Of a stretch of 64,000 bases of DNA, positions 26,401-36,800 are shown one piece after another (the first letter of the stretch is position 1; each line of letters opens with the position of its first letter). Made by a program: the position numbers and the translations under genes. Source of the stretch: a virus; IMG/VR virus record IMGVR_UViG_3300035564_000075, positions 1 through 64,000 of that record. One strand, given 5' to 3'. The notes below the pieces were generated by a model. The model was not told the origin of the DNA and searched no databases. It saw nothing but the letters and a program-made list of their open reading frames with translations.

Positions 26401-29013
26401 GCAGTTGCTGCCAATGTTATTGGTAGGGCATCCGATACACAAGGTACTGGTTATGGTCTTTCTAAGGCAACTTCCTTTGGTAGCGCACTTGCTAACATAG
26501 GATCGATTGCCGCAAACAAGATACAGGACAAAACTCAAAAGGCTCAAAGTAATCAATCAGCAATTGATTACACAATAGCAAGAGACATTGTTACCAGTGG
26601 TGGAAGGGTGGCGCAGTTTGCTGGTGGTTCACCAGATGCTGTAAAGGCTGCTTCTCTTGCTACAATATTCTCTGAGCAATATGGACTTGATGCACAGAGT
26701 GCTGCACAGGTGGCCGCATTCTATGTTCAAAATCCTAATATGACGATGAACGCTACTTCTGTAAAAGCACTTGCTGCTAATTATAGCTATGGCGGAAATA
26801 TGGAGGCCATATCAGGTGGTGCCGTTGTAAATTCCGGTTTCAGTGGTAAGCAAGCACAAGATATAGCGCAGAGGGGTATGCAGACACTGGCCGGTGGACA
26901 AAAGATATTCAACGGTGTAACATCCTATGATGTTGCAACGGGCAAGCCTATATCTGGTGACAGGTATTCAACGCCAACCGTGTATAAGCAACTAGAGCAA
27001 GAGGCAATTGCTGGTGGACAGAAGTTCCTTGGTCAGGTTCCTGGTGGTCAGTATCTGCAATATGGTGCACAGGGAGCTACACCAGCCAATGGAATGAATA
27101 TCGTTGCACAGAACCAATATGCACAACAAGCATTTGGTCTAACTCCATATCAGCAACAGGCTATGATGACATCTGGTACTTTTACTGATCAGTTGAGAAA
27201 CTATGGCTGGAAGGGTTCACAGCTTGACGTAAAAGATATGATGGCTGCAGGACAGATCACACAGGCGCAGTCTTATAGGTATGCTCTACAGGCACAGTAT
27301 GGATCACAACTTCTTGGTGGTATGGCTTCTGGAAATCCACTAACATGGTCATCCGTAGCCAGGGCCTCTGGACAGGCTGGCATACCATCTTATGGTGGCT
27401 TGCAGACTACATGGGGACAGAATGTATCAAGTCAGTATCTTGGATTCACTGACATCAATCCTACAACGGGTGCCCCTACTGGACAGGCATGGGGAACCAG
27501 TTCTCTTGCCATGTATGGTACTCCTGCTCCAGCAGTAGCGCAACAGATTTGGAATAGGTTGCCACAACCAAACGAAAGAGGGATTGGTGTAAATGCTGGA
27601 CAAGGATTTACTTTAGGACAGGCACAAGCTGCTTATGGTAAGTATGGTGGTGGCGCAATCAACGCCATGACGAACGGCTTCAATGTCAATGGTACTACTT
27701 ACTATGGACAGCAAGGATTGCAGGGTTTCCAGAATCAGCAATCTTATGACTTCTCTATGGCTTCTGCTGGCTTGGCAATGACAGGCGCAAAGGCAAGTTT
27801 GGCATTTGCAACTGGTATTGGTATCAACAAGTACAACAATATCAATCCTCAGACCGGACAGTACTTCAACATAGGCGCACAGAGCTATGGCTTCGATGCT
27901 GGTAAGTATGGATCATACCAATCAGTAGGTGGTGGTATGTGGGGCATTGAGGATGCACAGCGCTATCTTGGATATGCACAGCAACAGGCTAGCTTTGGCT
28001 TCCAGCAGAAAGGAATGAATTTGCAGGCTACGCAGTTTGGACAGACGATGGGATTGCAGTGGCAAGGCATGCAACTAAGTAGACAACAGGGTACAGAGGA
28101 ATATCAGTTCCAGTCTGGTCTAGCTGCACATCAGTTTGGTTTTGGACAGACGATGTTCAGAGAGCAGGCAAGATTTACTTCTGGCCGTGAGCGTCGCCTG
28201 GAAGAGATGCAGAACAAGGAAAATGTTACCGTCTATGGAATGGAAAAGAATCAGAGAGACAAGGAATTCGCATTCCAGAAAGAGAGATGGAAGCTAGAAG
28301 AGCAACAGCACAAGTTGCAGATCCAGCAGTTTGCAGAGACTAAGAAACTACAGCAAGAAGAGTTGGATGCCAACCGCAAGTTCTGGGAAGAAGGCAAGAA
28401 GCTCTCCGAGGCGGCTGTACAACTACAGCGTGCTGAGTTCATTGAGAACAACAAACTACAGCAACAGTCTGCTGCACTTCAGGCTGCACAAGCACAAGCA
28501 ACCAAGCAGATGGCCGATGTTATGATTCCATACACCAAGTATAGTGGTGATGTAAGTGGTATGCTGGACAGCATGAACGCAACTACCCTTCCAGACATGA
28601 TAGCCTATTTGACAAATGTAAACTCTGGAATGATAACCTTCATCTCAAATCTAGCTACAGTTCAGGCATTACTAGGTGGTGGCTGGCAAGGACCTCTTCC
28701 TGGAGAAGGACAGCATGCTACTGGTGGTTCTCTTGGCCCTGGTGTTTCTTCCGTTGGTGAGGCTGGTTGGGAGTTCGCCGTTGGTAATCAGATTATCCCA
28801 CATGCAACATCCGTAGGACTATATAATGCTGGTATGCGTCCTGGCATGAGTTTTGCACAGGGCACCAATAAGATCAACGAGTATATGGATAGGGCAATGC
28901 TTCCATTCAGTGGAGGCGGTGGTTCTAAGCCGATGCAAGTCAATGTATACGTTGGTAATGAACTGTTGCAGTCCTTTATTATTGACGCAGTTAGCAAGGA
29001 TCTAAACAACTAA
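20407..29013 (+). CDS. tape measure protein with N-terminal two-barrel RNA polymerase domain (putative virion RNAP)
   Basis: tape-measure position and C-terminal HATGG..VGEAGWE motif; N-half has QKTGGTIK, PIDLV, RIG, GGR, RIP, GDFDAD in RNAP order; start 20407 has GGAG RBS. Confidence 0.8.
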   Translation: MPPYKITDLAGLLSGPSYGLRVSKSEQEDGTTRITVWQPNRPAKKLTLDVRSSEGGAFGGVFEILNKSKRTAYVEAPLLQAEVSEGEETKFAGSSSMQMLAQRIWTSFERASGQVGATPHSVFWSSVVRGNEEVQPATALGWHANELAQNITRGQIRFNVNAMGKPLYPSDVEQVQRDLMSQIRYGKNQIMGPGNQHDQGVGATFGELGRGGYVQKGGFLIPITQITRTTAEGTEWFLPGTAESAAKSLRRIGTLPPEALPYTKGVGPNNVYQQMQATPATGQGAGYALLNMIHPGETQARTAPVGNLWVSGVSGIPGGGLEPSNAWRPSAWGNTTVEDLDLPIRNIGEATAENFPFKFRNVVGKNYEPGEGSPIVGTYNVGGSERNLTLRPVESAPLSPLSQVVLVPSWKNPVTGEFLATKKRGAVAVSDAEVLAVSQRSGLPAQRVEGYTSLALSVTSLYRTAQKTGGTIKALGVPTGMEQYVHVGGQKVPIDLVTGELKSSLAITQDFMASRSRSQVLMMLEDYTKRTSVSGGQELVEYYKKEFMSGKRPATMEELASQLSIYGEGQTEEISRLQRWKSSLTDMNTVFNMSELSKEELRIHGTTNASNLSTYIDQRISTVRDSAFSGNGMQLGSEIFKNTVLAESDAERAMKRYGGFLTPEGNEIVHGAMHPESIKWAIQAAMATGMTQSQATKDVKRRFTFQDPSGNPITLQQAIKLGESGKLPIAFEHPERRSVVLMGQPLPRMMEWASRQTRIGYETGTYLSSMFPKFMSGIGANTRESHKMRGMEGPEREVDAYVKWSLTLAKQNEQYPDITKLGKGREYTGKEETAAAMTVAEDLLVKSASDLAETRNNPDATPEMINQMEDAYQYRKSNFMEIRQKLDMPPEMPLMPEKYQEVSESNMSNIGSWLSSPEGQQASDETKLDFIRSTIGEGEGPLFYGHIKDGKLVSGPGHLIPRPELIKELQYNDKITGESIGNISALYTGIFSGKSGPERLFNILKDRLGAKSEAYKNAWGFKTPSGWGGRFGNLEALAPDEIYLPPSERKRMLRQMGFRGQKLSKAMLQLEKMGDVQGIGFRIPVGSRGQQMMAMRLVTERTLRERLGSAVNRGALLGQLKQTTGMSFVSKQFAAVGKGDFDADFMMSLFGLARDKDDNLVKTDTTELGAIQIKTSEDAVGLLRKMGLNVEEDIPKESLDTIKEVLDKPGFHSAQEVMEAFFKLGVSETGRGTTYNIQRIFTPFMQMAGFKTKQVDAVTSAMQKIYSAALDNWNVKNKRELLGDTLTSAISTAEIRMGDSGPYLHLGTRIPKKGSPGNIGYNFAPEQLVQGGVKNLMLELARRANTPLEVVGKNGEITKEYQWTAESVAQLFTGPGKSSKALKAKLEAAGLGNFYGPLAEEINSKFEGAKDHEDTIRISNEFMMTPIVGSTLTSALVRANGDPDAEYAAAEFFRKSGYSGKLIKASATLARIQLGKADVSADEIFDALKVMPKGVDRESLVQVAIQRGIRVPKYQGKEGAPDPKRQVEAAFERAVPQQGVLATGAAARRGRGGMSPVERAVVESATQIAPGVGRRAGLIPDPDAILERNIDDVSMGEADRLLGAAVSSAPRVLSALGGKDTGLYSRIQAAVSAATGVGVGDLGSRFGNQLAEQIGGASSTPENLEKFVRALGAGDFDKIKEVQKGVSASRIGAYVAPRASAKMNMAAVTALNASGQAAQIAGIGDMNAVEREVGKQAQEVTISPEAQKAAKLETLYNNWIAMTDKHGKIMEKYQPAFDKMVHDFGEVGKDFEKMSKGEKRGVVGGFAAQREEDAKSEQAAARQAAQGRIAAGGGTGTPEDIALAASGGDEGGSTPGRRIASTFRKLLGGWGLMYMKDIAGYVTGGVGWGQGEAEQYRGAQAGVIGKQVGMTSPYQSYAQRTATMMGLAGSDVNAKQYLDRIQAQNQAIQLGFGGLSAGVAGAAGYSFIAQSGALGAGLASEASIGAVAPILGLAIGAGAVAANVIGRASDTQGTGYGLSKATSFGSALANIGSIAANKIQDKTQKAQSNQSAIDYTIARDIVTSGGRVAQFAGGSPDAVKAASLATIFSEQYGLDAQSAAQVAAFYVQNPNMTMNATSVKALAANYSYGGNMEAISGGAVVNSGFSGKQAQDIAQRGMQTLAGGQKIFNGVTSYDVATGKPISGDRYSTPTVYKQLEQEAIAGGQKFLGQVPGGQYLQYGAQGATPANGMNIVAQNQYAQQAFGLTPYQQQAMMTSGTFTDQLRNYGWKGSQLDVKDMMAAGQITQAQSYRYALQAQYGSQLLGGMASGNPLTWSSVARASGQAGIPSYGGLQTTWGQNVSSQYLGFTDINPTTGAPTGQAWGTSSLAMYGTPAPAVAQQIWNRLPQPNERGIGVNAGQGFTLGQAQAAYGKYGGGAINAMTNGFNVNGTTYYGQQGLQGFQNQQSYDFSMASAGLAMTGAKASLAFATGIGINKYNNINPQTGQYFNIGAQSYGFDAGKYGSYQSVGGGMWGIEDAQRYLGYAQQQASFGFQQKGMNLQATQFGQTMGLQWQGMQLSRQQGTEEYQFQSGLAAHQFGFGQTMFREQARFTSGRERRLEEMQNKENVTVYGMEKNQRDKEFAFQKERWKLEEQQHKLQIQQFAETKKLQQEELDANRKFWEEGKKLSEAAVQLQRAEFIENNKLQQQSAALQAAQAQATKQMADVMIPYTKYSGDVSGMLDSMNATTLPDMIAYLTNVNSGMITFISNLATVQALLGGGWQGPLPGEGQHATGGSLGPGVSSVGEAGWEFAVGNQIIPHATSVGLYNAGMRPGMSFAQGTNKINEYMDRAMLPFSGGGGSKPMQVNVYVGNELLQSFIIDAVSKDLNN

Positions 29014-29462
29014 TGACAACATACAGTTACTTCACTCTTACTACAATGAACCGTGGTGCATCTGGTCCAACTACTACCAAGAAATTCAGGGTAGTAGATG
29101 GTGGCTATGCTCCCTATCTTGAGAAAGCAGAGAACATGGATGTTACGGTAGAGGGCAAGCTGGATATTTCACAAGGTGCCGTTCATAAAGCCTACGATTT
29201 CATTGTCAAGGTTTATCAGGAAGATCCAAGTGGTGATTCCAGCTATGCAACCTATGCCGACTTAGAGACATTTTTCAGGTATAATAAACCATTGGGCTCT
29301 CCTTCAAACATGTTCTACATGACTGACCACTATGGTGAACATAGCTATGTCAAGTTTGGTGGGCAATTGAAACAACAACCCGCTACTGTGTTTCTTGAAG
29401 GAAAGAATGCAATTTACTTCATTCAAATTTCTCTGAAAGTACTGGATCAGGTTGACATATGA
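29013..29462 (+). CDS. distal tail protein-like
   Basis: directly after tape measure; 149 aa. Confidence 0.55.
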   Translation: MTTYSYFTLTTMNRGASGPTTTKKFRVVDGGYAPYLEKAENMDVTVEGKLDISQGAVHKAYDFIVKVYQEDPSGDSSYATYADLETFFRYNKPLGSPSNMFYMTDHYGEHSYVKFGGQLKQQPATVFLEGKNAIYFIQISLKVLDQVDI

Positions 29463-32400
29463 GAACAGTTTCTGATGCAATCACCAATGTAATCACCAAA
29501 GAAACGATGTACAAGGTGTTGCCTAGAATCACTGCTTACAAATCACGTGTATATTTTGAGAATGCAGACCTAGACGACCACGCTCCTTCGTTGCCTTTAC
29601 ACTCTGGACAGATAGTTCTTCCAGAGGCTGTTACCCTATCTGCTACAGCCCACAAAGCCATAACAGTTGTTGTCAACACTGGAGTTATCAAGTTTCTGAT
29701 TGAGGGAGACTCTTCTCCACTCACTCCACTTATTAGCAGTTCTCCGATCGTTGCAGATTACTTGAGCAGACCTGCATGGTATGGCAATAAGCTATATTAC
29801 AGCAATGGCAGTGGCTGGCTTGAAACCACCATTGATACAGATAAGGTAGTCGCAAGGAACACTGCATGCGCAAGTGCACCTTCTGTATGGTTGGATGGTG
29901 GTGTTGCCGCTGTACACATGGTAGGAGATGGACAGGCCATCTATGTGTATATCGAAGATGGAAGAGTCAACTTTGGCTATATTGATTCTAACAAGGATTA
30001 CCACGATTGCCCAGGACACATCTTCGATCCAGTATGTGTTTTGGATGCAACCGTAGATGCTGGACTAATACATTATTCTACTGCCGCAAAAGTAGGTAAC
30101 AAGATCTTTGCATACTTCAGCAGGTACGATGGTGCCGTGGTGGGTGTTTACTATCAGACTGAAGACGGTATCAATGGAAGCTGGTCAGACTTCTTCGTTG
30201 CAATTCCAGAGGATCTAAGCGCATTCGACCTAACAAATGCTATAAGCGTCGATGGCAATGTTTTCCTAATAGGAAGATTCTATAGGAAGGATCAGTTTTC
30301 TGCCGATGCAGTATACACCTTGCTTCTACAATCTCCAGATGGCATGACCTTCAATATGGATAGAAGGTCTCTTGTCACTACCATTGACGATCGCTTTGAA
30401 GTATTCTATGATAGCACTACCAAAGAAGTGGGATTCATTGCCAAGAACAAGTCATATCGTTCAACTGCTCCATTCTGGATGATAGGTGAAGATGCAGAAA
30501 GCATAACCATTGACATGGATTCTGTGTCTGGTTCTGTTACTTCTGGTTGGGCTGTGAAGCTGAAGTCTGGAGAAGAGGAATACTTTGCTAATGAATTGGT
30601 AGCAGAGGGAAACTTTGCCGATCTATACCTTGGTGTCGAGACAGGTGTTGCTGGAGATGAAGACGATCCTGGCTTTGAGTTTGTACACTATCACCAATGC
30701 GTTATAGAAAGTGTAGAGAAAGGTTGGGCCGATGGTGTTAGGGAGATGCAGATAAAATTACTACCTGCGGCTCTCTGGCAAACACAGTCTATGACACATC
30801 CCTTCTATATGGAATGGCAGGGCAAGCAGTATTTGCAAGCCAAGATCCTGACCCTAGACAATTTGTATGCTGCCAGCGATAGTAATGGACAGCTATGGTC
30901 GCTATCACAGGACTTCTGGCAGGCAAGCAATCCAAAGGCTTATGCGGTACAGACACATGCTGGACAACAAACAACTGATACATGGGCCGATGATCTCGTA
31001 GATTCTGCACTTGCTGTATCTTATCCCGAGTTCGGTTCTTCTGCAACCTACCAGATGAATATCTATGGCTGGTCTAGGGCTGGTATCCCTTCTTGCAACC
31101 CCAATGAGGCCGATTCTACCCCTACTTCCACCCCTAATGATAAGTTCTATGGATTATTGCTGGTAGAAGACTTGGATGGTGTTGAACATACGATCGTAAC
31201 AACGGATGGAGAACTTGCATCTAACCCAGGCTTCCCTATTGGAGACACATCACACACAAATCCTCCTCAGACATGGTTTGGTGCTGGCGTTAGGGCTGGT
31301 TCCTATCCTGTTTCTTATAACCTGAGCCGTTCAACGCATAGCATCTTGCCAGGATGGAAGATAAAGAAACTAGGAGTAAGGGTTGTCTCAGATCCTGCCA
31401 ATGCCACGCACAGCACCACCTATTATCTTGAACGTGTGGATATGCCAAGGATTACCGTTGCATACTCTACAACGAGTAGTGTTGGTTTCGATGCGGTTAC
31501 AGTTCCTAATACTGTATTCACCACGCAGAAAGGTGTTGCACAGATCCTGTTCTCTGTATCGCCTTACTCTACTTGGAACTTCGAGTTGAGTGGTAGGTTT
31601 ACCTACATAGGACCATACTCTTATGTCGGCTTGATAGGACTGGCTACCGACAAAGACAACTTTGTAGTTGGATATGTGAGATCTGGCTATCTTGGACTTG
31701 CCAGAGTCAACCAAGGAATCCGCACTACCATTCAGGAAGTGCCTCTTGCAGAACTGATAGAAGCAACCCATGTGGACGGAAGCAATCTCATCCACGATGG
31801 ATTGACAGTTGATGTTCGCTTCTGGCACAAAGATGGCAACTTTGGTGTTGAGTACAAACTGCCAAGCACAGTTGATTGGCCTCTAAGGGGTAGTCAGCTT
31901 ACTCATACATGGGAAACCGCAGATGGCGTTATTGCCTATGAAGTTCCAGTTCCTACGCTAGAAGAAACTGGCATGAGTACAGATAGCACTGGTTCTTATG
32001 TCTACCATGTAGGAATCTATGCGATCATCGATCCACCTAAGTTCCGTACAACCGGATTCCGTTCATCTGGTAGTATTGCACCTACGAAGCCATGCGATAT
32101 AGATCCTTTCTCTGGATATTCTCAGCTATACAGGTTTCCACACACAGGTAAGGTATCCTGCGATGATATAGTTTACAACTTTAGCTCAAAAGATGTCTCA
32201 CTTTCGGGCGTAAGTGGATCATCTGGTGGCTATGGCAAGAATCCATACGACTACGATCCCGATACCCTAACAGGACAGTACCTGCCAAAGGCCAGGGGTC
32301 CTTATCTCATCTACAATATCCAGGACTGGGCTTGCTGCAACAAGGATCTTGTTGGTGGCTATCACTTTACTGGTACGCATGCTATTGAGTTCTCTGACTT

Positions 32401-32896
32401 CGCATGGCTATCCTATGATCCAGGATCTTACATGATGTCATCTGCACAGGTGTACAGATATAGGACTCTGGCAACCTCAGATGGCATAGCGTGGGAAGCT
32501 GGTGCCGCATTCTGGATGCCATGGATCACCACCAATAACAAGAAAGTGATGCAGATGGAAAGAATAAGAGTCTACACAGAGGGCGATGTCGTCATCAATC
32601 AGGATGTTGGCTCTGGAGATGTGAAGAAGGTGTGGTTGACAGATGCGCTCAAGGGTTTGTCTCTCGAAACTGCCAGAGATGATGAAGTCACACACGATGA
32701 AGGTACATTTGTCTATCTGCACAGTGGAGACAAGGTTATCATCACAAACTTCATGGGTGTTAGCGGAGATCCGGACAATACCGTAGAAGGACTTCTTGCC
32801 AAACTATGTATTATCTCAGGTACACAGGCATCCTTCCCTGGAGACACAACGCCTGCAAACATTACCCTTGCAAGTGGTGAAGAGGTAACAGTATGA
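29459..32896 (+). CDS. large minor tail / baseplate protein
   Basis: 1145 aa beta-rich, ATGA-coupled in tail operon. Confidence 0.65.
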   Translation: MRTVSDAITNVITKETMYKVLPRITAYKSRVYFENADLDDHAPSLPLHSGQIVLPEAVTLSATAHKAITVVVNTGVIKFLIEGDSSPLTPLISSSPIVADYLSRPAWYGNKLYYSNGSGWLETTIDTDKVVARNTACASAPSVWLDGGVAAVHMVGDGQAIYVYIEDGRVNFGYIDSNKDYHDCPGHIFDPVCVLDATVDAGLIHYSTAAKVGNKIFAYFSRYDGAVVGVYYQTEDGINGSWSDFFVAIPEDLSAFDLTNAISVDGNVFLIGRFYRKDQFSADAVYTLLLQSPDGMTFNMDRRSLVTTIDDRFEVFYDSTTKEVGFIAKNKSYRSTAPFWMIGEDAESITIDMDSVSGSVTSGWAVKLKSGEEEYFANELVAEGNFADLYLGVETGVAGDEDDPGFEFVHYHQCVIESVEKGWADGVREMQIKLLPAALWQTQSMTHPFYMEWQGKQYLQAKILTLDNLYAASDSNGQLWSLSQDFWQASNPKAYAVQTHAGQQTTDTWADDLVDSALAVSYPEFGSSATYQMNIYGWSRAGIPSCNPNEADSTPTSTPNDKFYGLLLVEDLDGVEHTIVTTDGELASNPGFPIGDTSHTNPPQTWFGAGVRAGSYPVSYNLSRSTHSILPGWKIKKLGVRVVSDPANATHSTTYYLERVDMPRITVAYSTTSSVGFDAVTVPNTVFTTQKGVAQILFSVSPYSTWNFELSGRFTYIGPYSYVGLIGLATDKDNFVVGYVRSGYLGLARVNQGIRTTIQEVPLAELIEATHVDGSNLIHDGLTVDVRFWHKDGNFGVEYKLPSTVDWPLRGSQLTHTWETADGVIAYEVPVPTLEETGMSTDSTGSYVYHVGIYAIIDPPKFRTTGFRSSGSIAPTKPCDIDPFSGYSQLYRFPHTGKVSCDDIVYNFSSKDVSLSGVSGSSGGYGKNPYDYDPDTLTGQYLPKARGPYLIYNIQDWACCNKDLVGGYHFTGTHAIEFSDFAWLSYDPGSYMMSSAQVYRYRTLATSDGIAWEAGAAFWMPWITTNNKKVMQMERIRVYTEGDVVINQDVGSGDVKKVWLTDALKGLSLETARDDEVTHDEGTFVYLHSGDKVIITNFMGVSGDPDNTVEGLLAKLCIISGTQASFPGDTTPANITLASGEEVTV

Positions 32897-33864
32897 CCAC
32901 AAAAAAGGGCGCTGTCTCACTAAGATTTACATATACACCCAGTGATAGTGCTTATCTTCTGGTAAAGACATCCATCATTGGCATACCTGCCTATGAGCTA
33001 GATAGTTTTGGCTATCATCTTCTTGACATCAAGATTGTATCTGATTCAGATGGAAATGACAGGTATTTTTGGATCTCTACACTGCTGAATAGCACACCAG
33101 TTGATACAAGCGTTTTCCTGTTCTACAATATTCCAACTGCTCAACCGATCGATGTATGGATATATCTATTTGACACCAATGTATCTGTCTACTTCAATGG
33201 CAATTGGGTTTATTCTTATGTGATGGCCTTCTCTGACTATCTATCCTACACACCTACTATTTCAATCAAGGCGGTAGGTGGCAGTATTGCGCTATCCAAC
33301 ATTCGCAGAGAGGAAATACCTGATCAACGTGATGCAGTGTATGTTGACTACGAATCAACTGGAGACAATGCCATCCAGTCTATCTATCAGCAACGTCCAG
33401 TTCTAACATCTCCTGATGTGGAGAATATTATGAACTTTACCTATGGCGCTACATTGGATGAAGTGCCTTCGAACTTTGTAAGGCAATACAGCTTGGGAGA
33501 AGTAGTGCCAAGTGACCTGTCATCTGATGGACTGGTGTACTACTATGACGTTGCTATCTCAGTTTCTGCAGAAGTTGCCAAGGAAGTTGGCTTTATCACC
33601 AGACTATACCGCTTGTCTGAATTGAATAGTGGTGGACAAGAGGCAACCAATAGGATTCAGAAGATTGCATTGGGACACAGACATCCTGTACAACTGGTTC
33701 AGCGACTAGATCCAAGGTTGCAACTGTTCGATCGCATCATAATAGACCTTGTTGTATCTGGAACTGAAACACACATCACTGATGATATAATTGTTGAAGA
33801 TATTGACATAAGTACTGTCAATGGAAAATACGCCTCAACGATTACAGGAAGAAGGACTACATAA
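32893..33864 (+). CDS. minor tail / hub protein
   Basis: C-terminal DPRLQLFDRI..VEDI segment of hub type. Confidence 0.55.
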   Translation: MTTKKGAVSLRFTYTPSDSAYLLVKTSIIGIPAYELDSFGYHLLDIKIVSDSDGNDRYFWISTLLNSTPVDTSVFLFYNIPTAQPIDVWIYLFDTNVSVYFNGNWVYSYVMAFSDYLSYTPTISIKAVGGSIALSNIRREEIPDQRDAVYVDYESTGDNAIQSIYQQRPVLTSPDVENIMNFTYGATLDEVPSNFVRQYSLGEVVPSDLSSDGLVYYYDVAISVSAEVAKEVGFITRLYRLSELNSGGQEATNRIQKIALGHRHPVQLVQRLDPRLQLFDRIIIDLVVSGTETHITDDIIVEDIDISTVNGKYASTITGRRTT

Positions 33865-36800
33865 TGTCAAAACTTGCTGGAAAGATGGTGAAGTTCGGAA
33901 AGCAGAAGCAGATCCCCGCAAAGATTATCGATGTGCTGGGACCGCTTTGTTCTGTCAAGCTATCTGGTAATGGAGAGAAGCTGACAGGGCTCTCCTATGT
34001 TGGACCTACACCAGTCAAGGGACAGAAAGTTATTGTAAACTACCAGACAGGCACTCCATTTGTGCAGACTGGTAGCACATATGCTGCTGCCGAATATTCA
34101 GCACCTGCTACACCATCACCTTCAACATATGCAGATGGCACCGATCGTTCTGTCTTTGGTTCAGTACATCTTGATAAGAACGGTATGGGTGTATGGAATG
34201 ATGACATTCCAACTGGACAGATCTCTACAGATGGAGACTCCTTCTTTGGCTCTAACCTGGACTATGCAGACAACACATCTCTTTCTATCTTCACCAATGC
34301 ACAGTCTTACAATGGTGAGTCAATGGGTGCTGGCGACCTCCTAGTAGGAAGCAACTCATCTGGTTTCGCTAACGTATTCTGGGATGCATCTGCAAAACAA
34401 TTGAAGTTCCGTGGTGGCACTACGGTTCAGGCATATGTTGCCACCGATGGTACGATCGTAGCTGGTGGTGGAAACGTAGTATTGAGCACCACTGGTATCT
34501 CTGCATCTGCAGGAACTATTGGTGGCTGGACACTTGGTGCTAACTCTCTCTCTGCAACTGGTGCAGTGATCAGTGCGGCAGTACCATCTATCGCTCTAGG
34601 TGGTGCAGGCTATCGTACTGGAACGGGATTCTGGGTAGGAAAGGATGTAGATTCTGTCTTCAAGTTCTTTATTGGAGATTCTGTCATTGCACATAAGCAG
34701 TATATGTACTTTGATGGAGTAAACCTTGTCATTACTGGTACATACTCTGGAGAAATGGACATCTCTGGAGTTACTTCAAACACGTTTACTATCAACAGTG
34801 ATCTTACTGATGCAACTGCTCAACTTATCTTTGGCAGAACAACAGGCGGAAACGCTTCTATCGGTTATGATGGAAATGTCCTTACATCCGATAAGACTAT
34901 CAATATTGCTACCCTAAACGAGGGCGTTTATTATACCCTACAATTGGGCTCAAGCGATGGGACCTATGTTGTTTCCTATGCTGATGATGCTCTCAATAAT
35001 CTTTGGGTAGGTGGTAACGTAACAACCGTCTACGGAGATTCAGAACTAAGCCTTCAGAGTGCTGCACAGATCACTCTGTATGGTACATCGGTTTATGCTG
35101 GAGAGGGAACACCCTTCAACCTATGGGATGATATTATCGTAGGTGATTATGTGTTTTTTGTGGATGTATCTCAGGGAAATGTTGGCTTCAACACTGAACC
35201 AGATCCACAGTTTGTAGTTGATATTGGCGGTAATGCAAGAGTGCAAGGATACCTATCTGCAAAGATGGCTATGACCGTCAAGGATGTCTTGATGATCTGC
35301 CACTTCGATGGTCATGAACCATATGCGATCGATTTCAGTGGAGATCCTGGTGGTCATCGTGGACAAGTTGCTACCGTAGTTGGTGGAGTGCAGTATCGCC
35401 CTGGCAAGTTCTACAAAGCTGTGCAATTGGCTGAAGCAACTACCAATCTGGTACCAAATCCTAACTTGGGAACTAATACAACTGGTTGGCAATGGCAGGT
35501 CAATGCACAGGGTAGTGGTTATGGTCGTATCACCAATGAGCAGGTACTATATGGAAATACCTGCGGTAAGGCTGTTTGCTCTGGAACTGGTAGTCGTGCA
35601 GTAGGAACTAACGGATACTGGACAAGACCCGCTGGTGCAGACGTCACTATATCAATCTATGTAAAGCCTCTCACCCACCCAATTCTATATACTATGGTAG
35701 CCTTCTCTGATAACTGGGCACAAAATCAGGGAAGCTCACCTGTAACTGTACCTGTTGGTGAATGGACAAGACTTACTCTTTCTATTTCCAATGCTACGTT
35801 GAATACTTGGCATAATGGTGGACTGGATCTGACCTTCTTCCTGATCGACAATAATGATGGAGTAGCTGAAACATGGCTCTTTGGTGCCGCGCAGATGGAA
35901 GCTGGCATGCACGCTACTCCATATCAGCCTTCAGACCTACTTGAAACTAACCATCGTGATGCCAGTCATCTACAGTACTCTCCTGAAGGCAATATCAATC
36001 TGGATGCTGGTTCTTTCGGCATGACCTATTACAACTTTGGATACCTAAATGACTATCCTTTGGGCTTGTATGTTGTTATCGATAGCAACAACTATATCGC
36101 ACAGTATTTCAATGCAGTTTCTGGTGGAACTCCCTATGTCTACGTCAATTCTGGAGGATCTGGAGTCGTTGCAGGAGAATATGCCCCTCTAAGTATTGGT
36201 TGGCACCAACTTATCGCTACTTGGAAAACTGGAGAGCTATTACTCTATATAGATGGAGAATTGGTTAGCAATGCAGTTTACACGCGTCCTGTTGGTACTC
36301 CATCTATCATGTACCTTGGTTATGGAAATGCCAATGTCTTAATAGACGACTTCTTTACCGTTGATCGTGTCATGGAACCCGATGAGATTCGTGCAGTATA
36401 TGACAGCGATGCACCTATCTTTGCAGAAACTTCTGTATCTGCTTGGCGTAGTTCTCGCCACTATGTCTGGATGGATGATGAGGGCCTTTGGGCTCAACAT
36501 CCAGATGGATCAAATGTATTTGCCATTTCAACCTCAGATGGTAAAAGCTACTCTGGCGGAACAATGGATTGGGGCGATCTACTAATTGGTACTGAAGTAT
36601 CCGGTATATACTGGGACTACTCTGAAGCCAAAATACAGATGTGGGAAGCTCAGCTTTCGCTATCCGGAGAAACGGGTAGCATTTCAATCGGTGACGATCC
36701 TCCTGTGTCCTGTGTTGATGGTACAGGTTTGTGGATAGACAAAGATGGTATCTATGGTCTAAGCAAGACAGGTGCAGTAACAACCCTTGAAGCTAAATTT

